Positions 50,076-58,668 of a DNA stretch of 64,000 nucleotides are shown piece by piece. Position numbers and translations under genes: made by a program. This stretch comes from Polyangiales bacterium (GTDB lineage Bacteria; Myxococcota_A; Polyangia; Polyangiales; Ga0077539). A model generated the notes under the pieces. It was not told the DNA's origin. It saw nothing but the letters and a program-made list of their open reading frames with translations, and did not search any database. Each line of letters begins with the position of its first letter. The stretch's first letter is position 1. Location of the stretch: assembly GCA_044229975.1 (NCBI GenBank), contig JBGARZ010000018.1, positions 64,001-128,000 of the forward strand, given 5' to 3'.

Positions 50076-50972
50076 TCAATGCGGCGCGGCGGCGGCTCTT
50101 CGCGGCGCACCGACGGCCGTACGGATGTAGCGCTCCAGCGCATCCAAGCGCGGGTGGGGGTCGCCCGGTCGTCGCGCTGGCTCGTTGAGCAGCGCCACCC
50201 CGTGCGCGTCGCTGCCCGCGATCCGCAGGCGCTCGATGGCGATGGTCGGCGCGCCGGTGGTCAGCGCGGTCGGAGACGTGGTGGCCAGCGTCGTCAGCGC
50301 CTGCGCGCTCTCCACGTCGCCCTCCCCTGCCATCATCCACAACGTCCGCGGCGGAAAGGTCCGGAGCGCCACGTACCGGTCCATCGGGTCGCGAATGTCG
50401 ACGCCGTGGTAGTCGACGCCCGGCGAGATCATCGCGAGCCCCACGACCCTCGCTTCGTCGGCGAGCCCCGCCACCGCGGCCGACGCCCCGATGCTCGACC
50501 CCACCACCACCAGCGAGCGCACGCGGCCCTGCTCGAAGAGGTACTGCGCCGCCGCCTGCGCATCCCGCGCGAGTCCGTTCCAGAGCGCCTGATCTTCGCC
50601 GAAGCTCTCCCAGGTCTGCCGCGTCGACTCCGGGCCGTGCGTCACGCTCTCGCCGTGCCCCCGCAGGTCGATGGCCAGCACGGTGACGGCGGGCGGCTGC
50701 TGCAACCGCTCCACGAGCATGCCCCACTCCGACCGGTTGGAGCCGAGCTGATGCAGCAGCAGCACGGCTCCCTGCGATCCGGAGGCGCCCAGCCAGAGGG
50801 TCCCGACCCCACGCCAGCCGTCGGAGGTCTGCGGCATCGGCGTCGTCACCGGGCGGGGCGGCACCGCGGCGACCACGCCGGCGTCCGGGGCGCGCTTGCG
50901 AAAACGATCGCATCCACTGAGCAGCACCGCGGCGACCATCACCCCCGCCAGGACCCGCACCGCGCTTCGCAT
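50076..50972 (-). CDS. Alpha/beta hydrolase lipoprotein
   Basis: Lipobox LSGC; LLLH, IDLRGHGES, GSSIG nucleophile elbow, HG. Confidence 0.85.
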   Translation of the reverse strand: MRSAVRVLAGVMVAAVLLSGCDRFRKRAPDAGVVAAVPPRPVTTPMPQTSDGWRGVGTLWLGASGSQGAVLLLHQLGSNRSEWGMLVERLQQPPAVTVLAIDLRGHGESVTHGPESTRQTWESFGEDQALWNGLARDAQAAAQYLFEQGRVRSLVVVGSSIGASAAVAGLADEARVVGLAMISPGVDYHGVDIRDPMDRYVALRTFPPRTLWMMAGEGDVESAQALTTLATTSPTALTTGAPTIAIERLRIAGSDAHGVALLNEPARRPGDPHPRLDALERYIRTAVGAPRRAAAAPH

Positions 50973-51040
50973 GGCGCGCACTCTACCCTCGCGACCGATG
51001 GCTTGCGACCGCGCGTTCGGCGGCCCTATCGTTCGCCGCG

Positions 51041-51775
51041 ATGAACCGTACCGCCGCGGCCCTGGTGATCGGCAACGAGATCCTCAGCGGCAAGGTGCAC
51101 GAAAGCAACACGCTCACCCTCGCCCGCGCGCTGCGCCCGCTCGGCATCGAGCTGCGGCGCATCGTGGTGATCCCCGACGAGGTCGAGCTCATCGCCGCGG
51201 AGGTCAACCAGCTCCGCCTCGCGCACGACTTCCTCTTCACCTCCGGCGGCGTCGGCCCCACCCACGACGACGTCACCGTCGAGGGCATCGCGCTCGGTCT
51301 CGGCCGCCGCGTCGTGCGCAGCCCGGTGGTGGAGGCGCTCCTGCGCGAGCACTACGGCGAGCGGCTCACCGAAGGTCACCTCCACATGGCCGACGTCGTC
51401 GAAGGCACCGAGCTCTACCCGGGCTCCTCCCCCGCGTGGCCGACGATGGTGGTGGGCAACATCTTCGTGCTGCCCGGCGTGCCGCAGATCTTCGCGCACA
51501 AGCTGGAGGGCCTGCTCCCGCGCCTGCGCGGAGCCGATGCGCCCTTCGTCCTCCACAGCGTCTACTGCGGCATCGACGAGGGCCCGCTCAAGCCGTACCT
51601 CGACGCGGTGGTCGCGCGCTTCGCGGACATCTCCGTCGGCAGCTACCCCCGCTGGGACGAAGGCGATCATCGCGTGCGCGTCACCTTCGACGGGCGCGAC
51701 GCCGAGCGCGTCGTGGCGGCGCAGTCCTTCTTCGCGACGAGCCTGCCCCCCGAGTGGCTCCTCCGCAGCGAGTGA
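51041..51775 (+). CDS. Stand-alone COG1058/CinA N-terminal-like (molybdopterin-binding fold) pyrophosphatase
   Basis: IGNEILSG...SN, SGGVGPTHDDVT, LPGVP, GSYP. No PncC domain. Confidence 0.9.
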   Translation: MNRTAAALVIGNEILSGKVHESNTLTLARALRPLGIELRRIVVIPDEVELIAAEVNQLRLAHDFLFTSGGVGPTHDDVTVEGIALGLGRRVVRSPVVEALLREHYGERLTEGHLHMADVVEGTELYPGSSPAWPTMVVGNIFVLPGVPQIFAHKLEGLLPRLRGADAPFVLHSVYCGIDEGPLKPYLDAVVARFADISVGSYPRWDEGDHRVRVTFDGRDAERVVAAQSFFATSLPPEWLLRSE

Positions 51776-51830
51776 CACCCGTCGGCGACCGCGGCTGACG
51801 ACCCGTGAAGTTGTGGTAGGAGTCTCGCCC

Positions 51831-52352
51831 ATGAAGCGAGCCGTCCTCGTCTCCCTCCTCGCCGTCGTCGGTTGCATCCGTCAGCCCCCGCAGAACAGCG
51901 CCGCGCCGCAGGTGCAGCCCGAGGCGCACGCCGCGCACGACCCGCACTCCACCAACGCGCCCCTCGCCGCGCCGCTGCCCTCGACCGCCGCTGCCGCCGC
52001 GTCGCACTTCGGCGCGCCGCTCACGGTGACGCAGCCCACGTCGCTCGCGGCCATCGTCGCGACGCCGCAGCCCTACAACGGCCAGACCGTCCGCGTCGAC
52101 GGAACGGTCGCCGCCGTCTGCCAGGCCCGCGGCTGCTGGATGCAGCTCACCGACGCCGATCAGCGCGTGCACATCCGCATGCACGGTCACTCGTTCTTCA
52201 TCCCGCGCAACGCAACGGGTCACCACGCTCGCGTGCAGGGCACGGTCATCGCGGCCAACGCCGAGGGTCACTGCGAGTCCGAGGCGGCCGAGCAGACGGG
52301 TCAGCCGGTCGCGCGCCTGGAGCTCGACGCGACCGGCATCGAGCTCGACTGA
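51831..52352 (+). CDS. DUF4920-like lipoprotein
   Basis: Lipobox VVGC; VCQARGCWM, FFIP. Confidence 0.75.
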   Translation: MKRAVLVSLLAVVGCIRQPPQNSAAPQVQPEAHAAHDPHSTNAPLAAPLPSTAAAAASHFGAPLTVTQPTSLAAIVATPQPYNGQTVRVDGTVAAVCQARGCWMQLTDADQRVHIRMHGHSFFIPRNATGHHARVQGTVIAANAEGHCESEAAEQTGQPVARLELDATGIELD

Positions 52353-52353
52353 A

Positions 52354-53739
52354 TCAGCGCAGCGGGTTCCATCCACCGACGCCGGCCACGAGGTTGTCGG
52401 CCTCGGTCGGGCCCCACGAACCCGGCTCGTACTCGTACACCGGCCCCGTCGGGTGCAGCACCGGCTCGACGATCGACCACGCCGCCTCGACCACATCCTG
52501 CCGCGCGAAGAGCGTCGCCTCGCCCGCCATCGCGTCGCCCAACAATCGCTCGTAGGCGTCCATGCGACCGCCCGCTCCCTGCGCGGGCTCCTCGACCATG
52601 GCGAGCTCGACGTTTTCGCCGACCATCTCCTCGCCGTGCTTCTTCACCCTCGCCCCGATGGCGATGGAGACGTTGGGACTCAACCGGAAGCGCACGACGT
52701 TGCCCATGCTCGGCGCCTTCTCGTTGAAGACCACCTGCGGCGGGTTCTTGAGCTCCACGGTGACCTCGGTGCAGTTGGCCGCGAGCCCCTTGCCCGCGCG
52801 CACATAGAAGGGAACGCCGTCCCATCGCCACGAGTCCACGAAGAGCTGGAGCACCGCGTAGGTGGGCACCTGCGAGTCGGGCGCGACGCCGGGCTCGTCG
52901 CGGTAGCCCTTGAACTGCCCGCGAACGATGTGGTCCTCGGACATCGGGCGCACCGTGCGGAGCACCTTGGCCTGCTCGTCGCGGATGGCCTCGGAGTACG
53001 TCGACGACGGCGCCTCCATGGTCAGGTAGCTGACGATCTGGAGCAGGTGGTTCTGCATCACGTCGCGGATGACGCCGGTCTCCTCGTAGAACTTCCCGCG
53101 CCCCTTCACGCCGAAGCTCTCGGCCATGGTGATCTGCACGTTCTCGACGTACTGGCGGTTCCAGACGGGTTCTAGGAAGGCGTTGGCGAAGCGGAAGTAC
53201 AAGATGTTCTGCACCGCCTCTTTGCCCAGGTAGTGGTCGATGCGGAAGATCGACGACTCGGGAAACACCTTCCGCAGCGTCTCGTTGAGGCTGCGCGCCG
53301 ACGCGAGGTCACGACCGAAGGGCTTCTCCACGATCACGCGCCCGTGGTCGGCGCACCCGGCGGCGGCGAGGTTCTCCACCACCAGCGGAAACATGCTCGG
53401 CGGGATGGCGAGGTAGTGGGCCGGTCGCAGCGCACCGCCCATGGCTGCGCGCAGTCGCGCGAAGGTGTCGGGGTCCGCGTAGTCACCGTCGACGTAGCGC
53501 AAGAGCGACACGAGCCTGGGGAAGGCTTCGGGGTCGAGGCCGCCGTACTCGGTGACGCTGGCCCTTGCGCGCTCGATGAACTGTTCGAGGTTCCACCCCG
53601 ACTTGGCGACGCCGACGATGGGCACATCGAGCCGGCCGCGGCGCACCATCGACTGGAGCGCGGGGAAGATCTTCTTGTAGGCGAGGTCACCCGTCGCCCC
53701 GAAGAAGATCAGGGCGTCCGAGCGGTGCTTGTCACTCAC
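52354..53739 (-). CDS. zwf: Glucose-6-phosphate 1-dehydrogenase
   Basis: [25 protein letters not shown]. Confidence 0.97.
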   Translation of the reverse strand: MSDKHRSDALIFFGATGDLAYKKIFPALQSMVRRGRLDVPIVGVAKSGWNLEQFIERARASVTEYGGLDPEAFPRLVSLLRYVDGDYADPDTFARLRAAMGGALRPAHYLAIPPSMFPLVVENLAAAGCADHGRVIVEKPFGRDLASARSLNETLRKVFPESSIFRIDHYLGKEAVQNILYFRFANAFLEPVWNRQYVENVQITMAESFGVKGRGKFYEETGVIRDVMQNHLLQIVSYLTMEAPSSTYSEAIRDEQAKVLRTVRPMSEDHIVRGQFKGYRDEPGVAPDSQVPTYAVLQLFVDSWRWDGVPFYVRAGKGLAANCTEVTVELKNPPQVVFNEKAPSMGNVVRFRLSPNVSIAIGARVKKHGEEMVGENVELAMVEEPAQGAGGRMDAYERLLGDAMAGEATLFARQDVVEAAWSIVEPVLHPTGPVYEYEPGSWGPTEADNLVAGVGGWNPLR

Positions 53740-53813
53740 GTTGCTGGGCTCCTCGTCACGCGGGCGTTGTCACCCGACGGGACCGCGCGCGACGAGGAAG
53801 AGGGTCGCGGCGT

Positions 53814-55703
53814 CTACGCCTTGATGTCGCGCTTAATGTGCAGCTCCGCAAGCTGCGAGTCGGCGACGGCGTTGGGCGCGTCGGTCATGAGGTCGACCGC
53901 GCGCTGGGTCTTCGGGAAGGCCACCACGTCGCGGATGCTCTCGGCCCCGGAGAACAACATACAGACCCGGTCCCACCCGATGGCGATGCCGCCGTGCGGG
54001 GGCGCGCCGAACTTCAGCGCGTCGAGCAGGAACCCGAACTTCGTCCGGGCTTCGTCGTCGGCGATGCCGAGCGCGCGGAAGACCTTGGCCTGCACCTCGG
54101 GGTCGTGGAGGCGCACCGATCCGCCCGCGATCTCGAAGCCGTTGAGCACGAGGTCGTAGCGGTGGCAGAGCACCTTGCCCTGGTCGTTTTCCAGGTACTG
54201 CACGCAGTCGTCGTGGGGGCGCGTGAAGGCGTGGTGCGCGGCGGCCCACTTCCCGGTGTCCTCATCGAACTCGAAGAGGGGCGGGTCGACGACCCAGAGG
54301 AAGTTCCAGTCGTTGTTGGTGCCGTACTCGGGGATGAGCTTGAGCTTGCGCCCGAGGTGCAGGCGAAGGTTCGCCATCACCGTGTGCACCATGGAGGTCG
54401 CGCCCGACTGGAAGAGCAGCAGGTCGCCCGGCTTCGCTCCCGTCGCCGCGTGCACCGCCGCGCGGAACTCCGGCGTCGCCACCTTCGCCCACGCCGACTG
54501 CGCCCACGTCCCGTCCTCGGCGACGCGCGCGCGAGCCAGGCCACCAGCGCCCATGCCCTTGCAGAACTCTTCGAGCTTGTCGACGTCGGCGCGCGACAGC
54601 GTGGCGCTCGCCGGCACCACCATCGCCTTCACGATGCGGCGCGGAACGTCCCGGCGGTCTTCACCCTTCGCATAGGCCTCGGCAATCTCGGCGAGCATGG
54701 GTACGCCGCCACCGTTCTGCTCGATGACGAGCCCGGTGAGATCGGTGTGTGGCAGACCGAAGCGGAGGTCGGGCTTGTCGTTGCCGTACTTCTCCATGGC
54801 TTCGTCGAAGCGCATGCGGGGAAACTTCCCCTCGGTGTAGCGGTCGCGCAGGTCGGTGCCGAAGACGGCCTTCCACACCGAGAACAGCAGTCCCTCCACG
54901 ATGGTGAAGATGTCGTCCTGCGTGACGAACGACATCTCGATGTCCACCTGTGTGAACTCGAGCTGCCGGTCGACGCGGAGGTCTTCGTCGCGGAAGCAGC
55001 GGGTGATCTGGAAGTACCGATCGAAGCCCGCGACCATGTAGAGCTGCTTGAAGAGCTGCGGGCTCTCGGCGAGCGCGTAGAACTTCCCCGGGTGCACGCG
55101 CGACGGCACGAGGAAGTTGCGCGCCCCACCCGGCGTGTACTTCACGAGCACCGGCGTCTCGAGTTCGAGGAAGCCGTTGTCGTCGAGGAAGCGACGCGCG
55201 GTCTGGTTCATCTTCGAGCGCGTGCGGAGCGTGCGCTGGAGCTTCGGGCGGCGCAGGTCGAGGTAGCGATACGCGAGCCGCTTCTCCTCGTTGGTGTTGA
55301 CGTCGTCCTCGATCTCGAAGGGCGGCGTCTCGGACTTGTTGAACACCACGACCTCGTGCACGAGCACCTCGACCTCGCCCGTCGCCATCGACGGGTTGTG
55401 CATCGAGATGTCCTTGCCGAGCTTCTTGGAGAACTGCATCCCGCGGTCGCGCACGACGCCGCGGATGCCGACGACCCACTCGCTCTTGAGCGTCGACGCG
55501 ACGGCGGTCGCCTCGGGGTGCGCCTCGGGGTTGAAGACAAGCTGCGTGATGCCGTCGCGGTCGCGGAGATCGACGAAACGGAAGGCCCCGAAGTCTCGGG
55601 AGGTCTGCACCCACCCGAACAACACCACCTCGCTGCCGATGTCCTTCGCGCGGATTCCTCCGCACGAATGCGTACGCTTCAACTCGTCGATGAACCTGGC
55701 CAC
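53814..55703 (-). CDS. aspS: Aspartate--tRNA ligase
   Basis: RTHSCG, DLRDR, YRYLDLRR, CFRDEDLR, GAPPHGGIA.G.DR; AAGGAG RBS before GTG. Confidence 0.97.
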   Translation of the reverse strand: MARFIDELKRTHSCGGIRAKDIGSEVVLFGWVQTSRDFGAFRFVDLRDRDGITQLVFNPEAHPEATAVASTLKSEWVVGIRGVVRDRGMQFSKKLGKDISMHNPSMATGEVEVLVHEVVVFNKSETPPFEIEDDVNTNEEKRLAYRYLDLRRPKLQRTLRTRSKMNQTARRFLDDNGFLELETPVLVKYTPGGARNFLVPSRVHPGKFYALAESPQLFKQLYMVAGFDRYFQITRCFRDEDLRVDRQLEFTQVDIEMSFVTQDDIFTIVEGLLFSVWKAVFGTDLRDRYTEGKFPRMRFDEAMEKYGNDKPDLRFGLPHTDLTGLVIEQNGGGVPMLAEIAEAYAKGEDRRDVPRRIVKAMVVPASATLSRADVDKLEEFCKGMGAGGLARARVAEDGTWAQSAWAKVATPEFRAAVHAATGAKPGDLLLFQSGATSMVHTVMANLRLHLGRKLKLIPEYGTNNDWNFLWVVDPPLFEFDEDTGKWAAAHHAFTRPHDDCVQYLENDQGKVLCHRYDLVLNGFEIAGGSVRLHDPEVQAKVFRALGIADDEARTKFGFLLDALKFGAPPHGGIAIGWDRVCMLFSGAESIRDVVAFPKTQRAVDLMTDAPNAVADSQLAELHIKRDIKA

Positions 55704-55760
55704 AACGGTCTCCTTCAGCCCGCCGCAGCCGTGCGGCGGGGGCCGCGGACCATACACCAT

Positions 55761-56819
55761 TCAACCGAGGGTCGAGTCACCCAGGGTCAGCACCGGTCCC
55801 GCGAGCGGCAGCTCCAGGGTGAAGCGCGTGCCCTCCGCGCCCGTGTCGACGGTCATCGTTCCCTGGTGTTCGGTGACGATGCGGTACGCGATGGCGAGCC
55901 CGAGGCCGGTACCCCCGCGGCCCTGTCGCGTCGTCACGTAGGGCTCGTAGAGCCGCGCCATCACCGACTCCGCGATGCCCGCACCGTTGTCGGCGACGGT
56001 GATCTTGATGGTGCGCTCGCCGGGATACTGCGCTGCGACCTTCACCCACCCGGCGCCTCGCGAAGGGTCGTGGGTCGCGCGCTCCTCGGCGGCGAAGACC
56101 GCGTTGCCCACGAGGTTGATGAGCACCTGCGTGATCTGGTCTCGATCGGCGCGAAGCGACGGCAGATCGTCGGGCGCGTCGCACGTCACGGTCGCCGACG
56201 ACGATCGGTGGAGGTCCGTCGCGTGGTGCAGCAGCTCGGCGACGTCGACGGGCTCGGGTCGCGGCCGGGGCATGCGTGCAAACTGCGAAAACGCGTCGAG
56301 CAACCGACGCAGCCGCTCGACCTCTTCGAGCACGATGCCTGTCTCCTCGTCGAACAGTCGTTCGAAGAGGTCGCGGTCGCGGGCGCGAGCCTTGCGAAGG
56401 TTCTCGACGCCGAGGCGGATGGGCGTGAGCGGGTTCTTGATCTCGTGGGCCATCTGCCGCGCGATGTCCCTCCAGGCCGCGAGGCGCTCGGCGCGGCGCG
56501 AACGCTTCTCCGCGACAGCGAGCGCGTCGGTCATGCGGTTGAAGGCGACCACGAGGCGTTGTGAGTCGGCGTCGCCGTCGTCGTCGAGGGCGACGTGCAC
56601 GCGCCGCTCGCCCTGGGCCACGCGCTCGGCGGCCTCGGCGAAGGGCGCGAGCGCGGAGGGTCGGCGACGGAAGAGCACCCACGCGAGGGCGAGCACGCAG
56701 ACGAGCGAACCCGCGAAGGCGGGCAGCACGTAGCCGCCCTCCAGCGTCGCGATGAACACCGCCCCCACCGCCGGCAGGATGGCGATGGCCAGCGCGAGGG
56801 CGCGTCCGCTCGCCGTCAC
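55761..56819 (-). CDS. NtrY-like sensor histidine kinase (2 TM, HAMP, HisKA, HATPase)
   Basis: AWRDIARQMAHEIKNPLTPI, NLVGNA, DNGAGI, GTGLGL. Confidence 0.92.
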   Translation of the reverse strand: MTASGRALALAIAILPAVGAVFIATLEGGYVLPAFAGSLVCVLALAWVLFRRRPSALAPFAEAAERVAQGERRVHVALDDDGDADSQRLVVAFNRMTDALAVAEKRSRRAERLAAWRDIARQMAHEIKNPLTPIRLGVENLRKARARDRDLFERLFDEETGIVLEEVERLRRLLDAFSQFARMPRPRPEPVDVAELLHHATDLHRSSSATVTCDAPDDLPSLRADRDQITQVLINLVGNAVFAAEERATHDPSRGAGWVKVAAQYPGERTIKITVADNGAGIAESVMARLYEPYVTTRQGRGGTGLGLAIAYRIVTEHQGTMTVDTGAEGTRFTLELPLAGPVLTLGDSTLG

Positions 56820-58306
56820 TTCTTGTAGAGGACTTCGAGGATGGCGGTGCGGCGCGAGGCGTTCTCGTCGAAGGTTACGACCTCGTCGTTGGCGAGCGAC
56901 TCGTGGCCGTGGGCGCGCGCGTAGATGTAGTCGTTGCCCGGGTCGGGCTCGGGCTTGTTCCAGCAGACCTTGAGCGCGAGCTCGGGCACGCCGAGGGCGA
57001 GCTCTTCGAGAATGATGTACCCGCGGTCGGCGGTGTTGTTGTGGTGGTAGTAGGCGCCGCGCAGGGAGGAGTAGTTCATGCTCTTGAGCGCGCCGTTGTG
57101 GCGGGTGAACTTCTTGCCCTTCTCGTCGACCGCGGTGTTGTCACCGGAGTCCGCCCAGCACGGCGTGTGATAGATGCCCAGGCCGAAGGTGCGGCCCGTG
57201 ACGTGAACGCCCTTGGGGAGGTTCTTCGGCAGCACGAGGCCCGACTTGAGGACGCCCATGAGGTTCTCGGTCCGGGTGCCGTGCCAGCCCCAGGTGATGC
57301 CGGTGGCCTTCGGCTTCTTGGTGATGGTCGCGGCGTAGTTGTCGAAGAGCGACTTGCGTCCCTGCTGCTCGACCTTCCAGATGCGGCCGACCTTGAGCAG
57401 GTTGTAGAAGTTGGAGTTCTTCGGCGACTGGCCCTTGGAGAAGAGCTTCTCGATGAGCTTGTACTCGTCGCTCTTCGGGTCGATGTGCCCGATGTCGCAT
57501 TTGAGACCGTCGTACCAGACCTCCGTCGGGTCATCGACCTCGGCGGCCTTCGAGAACACGTCGCGCTGGAGGAAGGCGTCCCTCAGCAGCGTGATGAACT
57601 TCCGCTGCTCGTTGATGCGCTCTTCGGAGTTGATGACGATGGCGTCGAGGTCGAGCTTCCCCTTCTTGCGCGCGCCGTCGATGTTGCGCGGGATGTTGGA
57701 GAGGTACTCGTTGGTGAGCTCGATGTAGTCGTTCTTGGTGGCCTTGGTGGTGCCCTTCACCATCGACTCGGCCTGCTGGAGAAGGTCGGCGCCCTTGTCC
57801 AACTGGCGGTCGGAGAGGTTGCCCAGCGGCGACTCCTTGGTCGCGCCCGCCGACGACGAGAGACCCGCCGCGACGGCCTGCCCGGTCGCCCCGTAGAGGA
57901 GCTTCAGCAGCGACTCCACCTCGGGGTGAAACTCCCTCGTCCGCACGGTCTTCGCCTTCGGCTGCGATGGGTCCGCGGCGGGCTCGGCGGTCTTCGCGGA
58001 GGTCTTGGCCTTCTCCTCGTCGAGCGACCGCATGTCGAGCTTCGTGTAGCCCTTGGCGACCTTCTCGTTGACCTTCTTGTTGAGGGCAGACTTCGCGGCC
58101 ACGAGCGTCGACGCCGTGACCTCCTGGGTCTGCCCGGCCTGCCCCACGCGCCCGTAGGTGAAGATCACCCGGAAGGTGCCGCCCTCGTCGAAGATCTGCG
58201 CCTTGTAGAACTTGTTGGACCCCAGGGACGTCGCCCCGGTCTTCTTCCCGGTGAGGTCGGTCCAGTTGAGGGTGACCTCTTCGACCAGTGTTCCTGTGCT
58301 GCTCAT
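56816..58306 (-). CDS. PARP-family ADP-ribosyltransferase (WGR + helical regulatory + catalytic domains)
   Basis: SNKFY...YGRVG (WGR); PLGNLS.RQL and LTNEYLSNIP (helical domain); WHGTR..N...LK.GL, G.TFG.GIY, KSMNY, LEELALG, NDEVV (H-Y-E triad). Confidence 0.9.
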   Translation of the reverse strand: MSSTGTLVEEVTLNWTDLTGKKTGATSLGSNKFYKAQIFDEGGTFRVIFTYGRVGQAGQTQEVTASTLVAAKSALNKKVNEKVAKGYTKLDMRSLDEEKAKTSAKTAEPAADPSQPKAKTVRTREFHPEVESLLKLLYGATGQAVAAGLSSSAGATKESPLGNLSDRQLDKGADLLQQAESMVKGTTKATKNDYIELTNEYLSNIPRNIDGARKKGKLDLDAIVINSEERINEQRKFITLLRDAFLQRDVFSKAAEVDDPTEVWYDGLKCDIGHIDPKSDEYKLIEKLFSKGQSPKNSNFYNLLKVGRIWKVEQQGRKSLFDNYAATITKKPKATGITWGWHGTRTENLMGVLKSGLVLPKNLPKGVHVTGRTFGLGIYHTPCWADSGDNTAVDEKGKKFTRHNGALKSMNYSSLRGAYYHHNNTADRGYIILEELALGVPELALKVCWNKPEPDPGNDYIYARAHGHESLANDEVVTFDENASRRTAILEVLYKK

Positions 58307-58395
58307 CCGATGGCGCTCCGACGTAGAGGGTTTCAGGGAAAGGGGCTGAGTTGAGGCGGACGGGGATACCACCGGGACGGCATCGGATGCGAGGC

Positions 58396-58465
58396 GGGGA
58401 CGGTCTCAGCTTTTCACCCTTGGACGTTGCCTGACCCCTGAAGGTGAAAAGCTGAGTCCGTCCCC
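58396..58465. repeat. 23-bp inverted repeat (1 mismatch) with 24-nt loop
   Basis: GGGGACGGTCTCAGCTTTTCACC / GGTGAAAAGCTGAGTCCGTCCCC, read directly. Confidence 0.9.
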
Positions 58466-58668
58466 ACCCGCCTGCGCCGACGCGTCGGCGTAGGCCCGGG
58501 AGGACATCGCGCCAGAGCGGGGAAAGTGCCGCGACCGTCGCGCTTCGTTGACACCGGCCGGTGAAGTTGGAGAGACTCCCGTCCGAAGAAACCACCGTAA
58601 TTCCTGCGGCGGTATCGAAGTCTTCGCGGGCGCTCCAAGGGGCGGGCCCGCGGAGGGGTTGAAGGGCG

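Noticed and set aside
53838..56564. 908-aa plus-strand ORF
   Set aside because: Antisense shadow of aspS and the kinase; typical of high-GC DNA.
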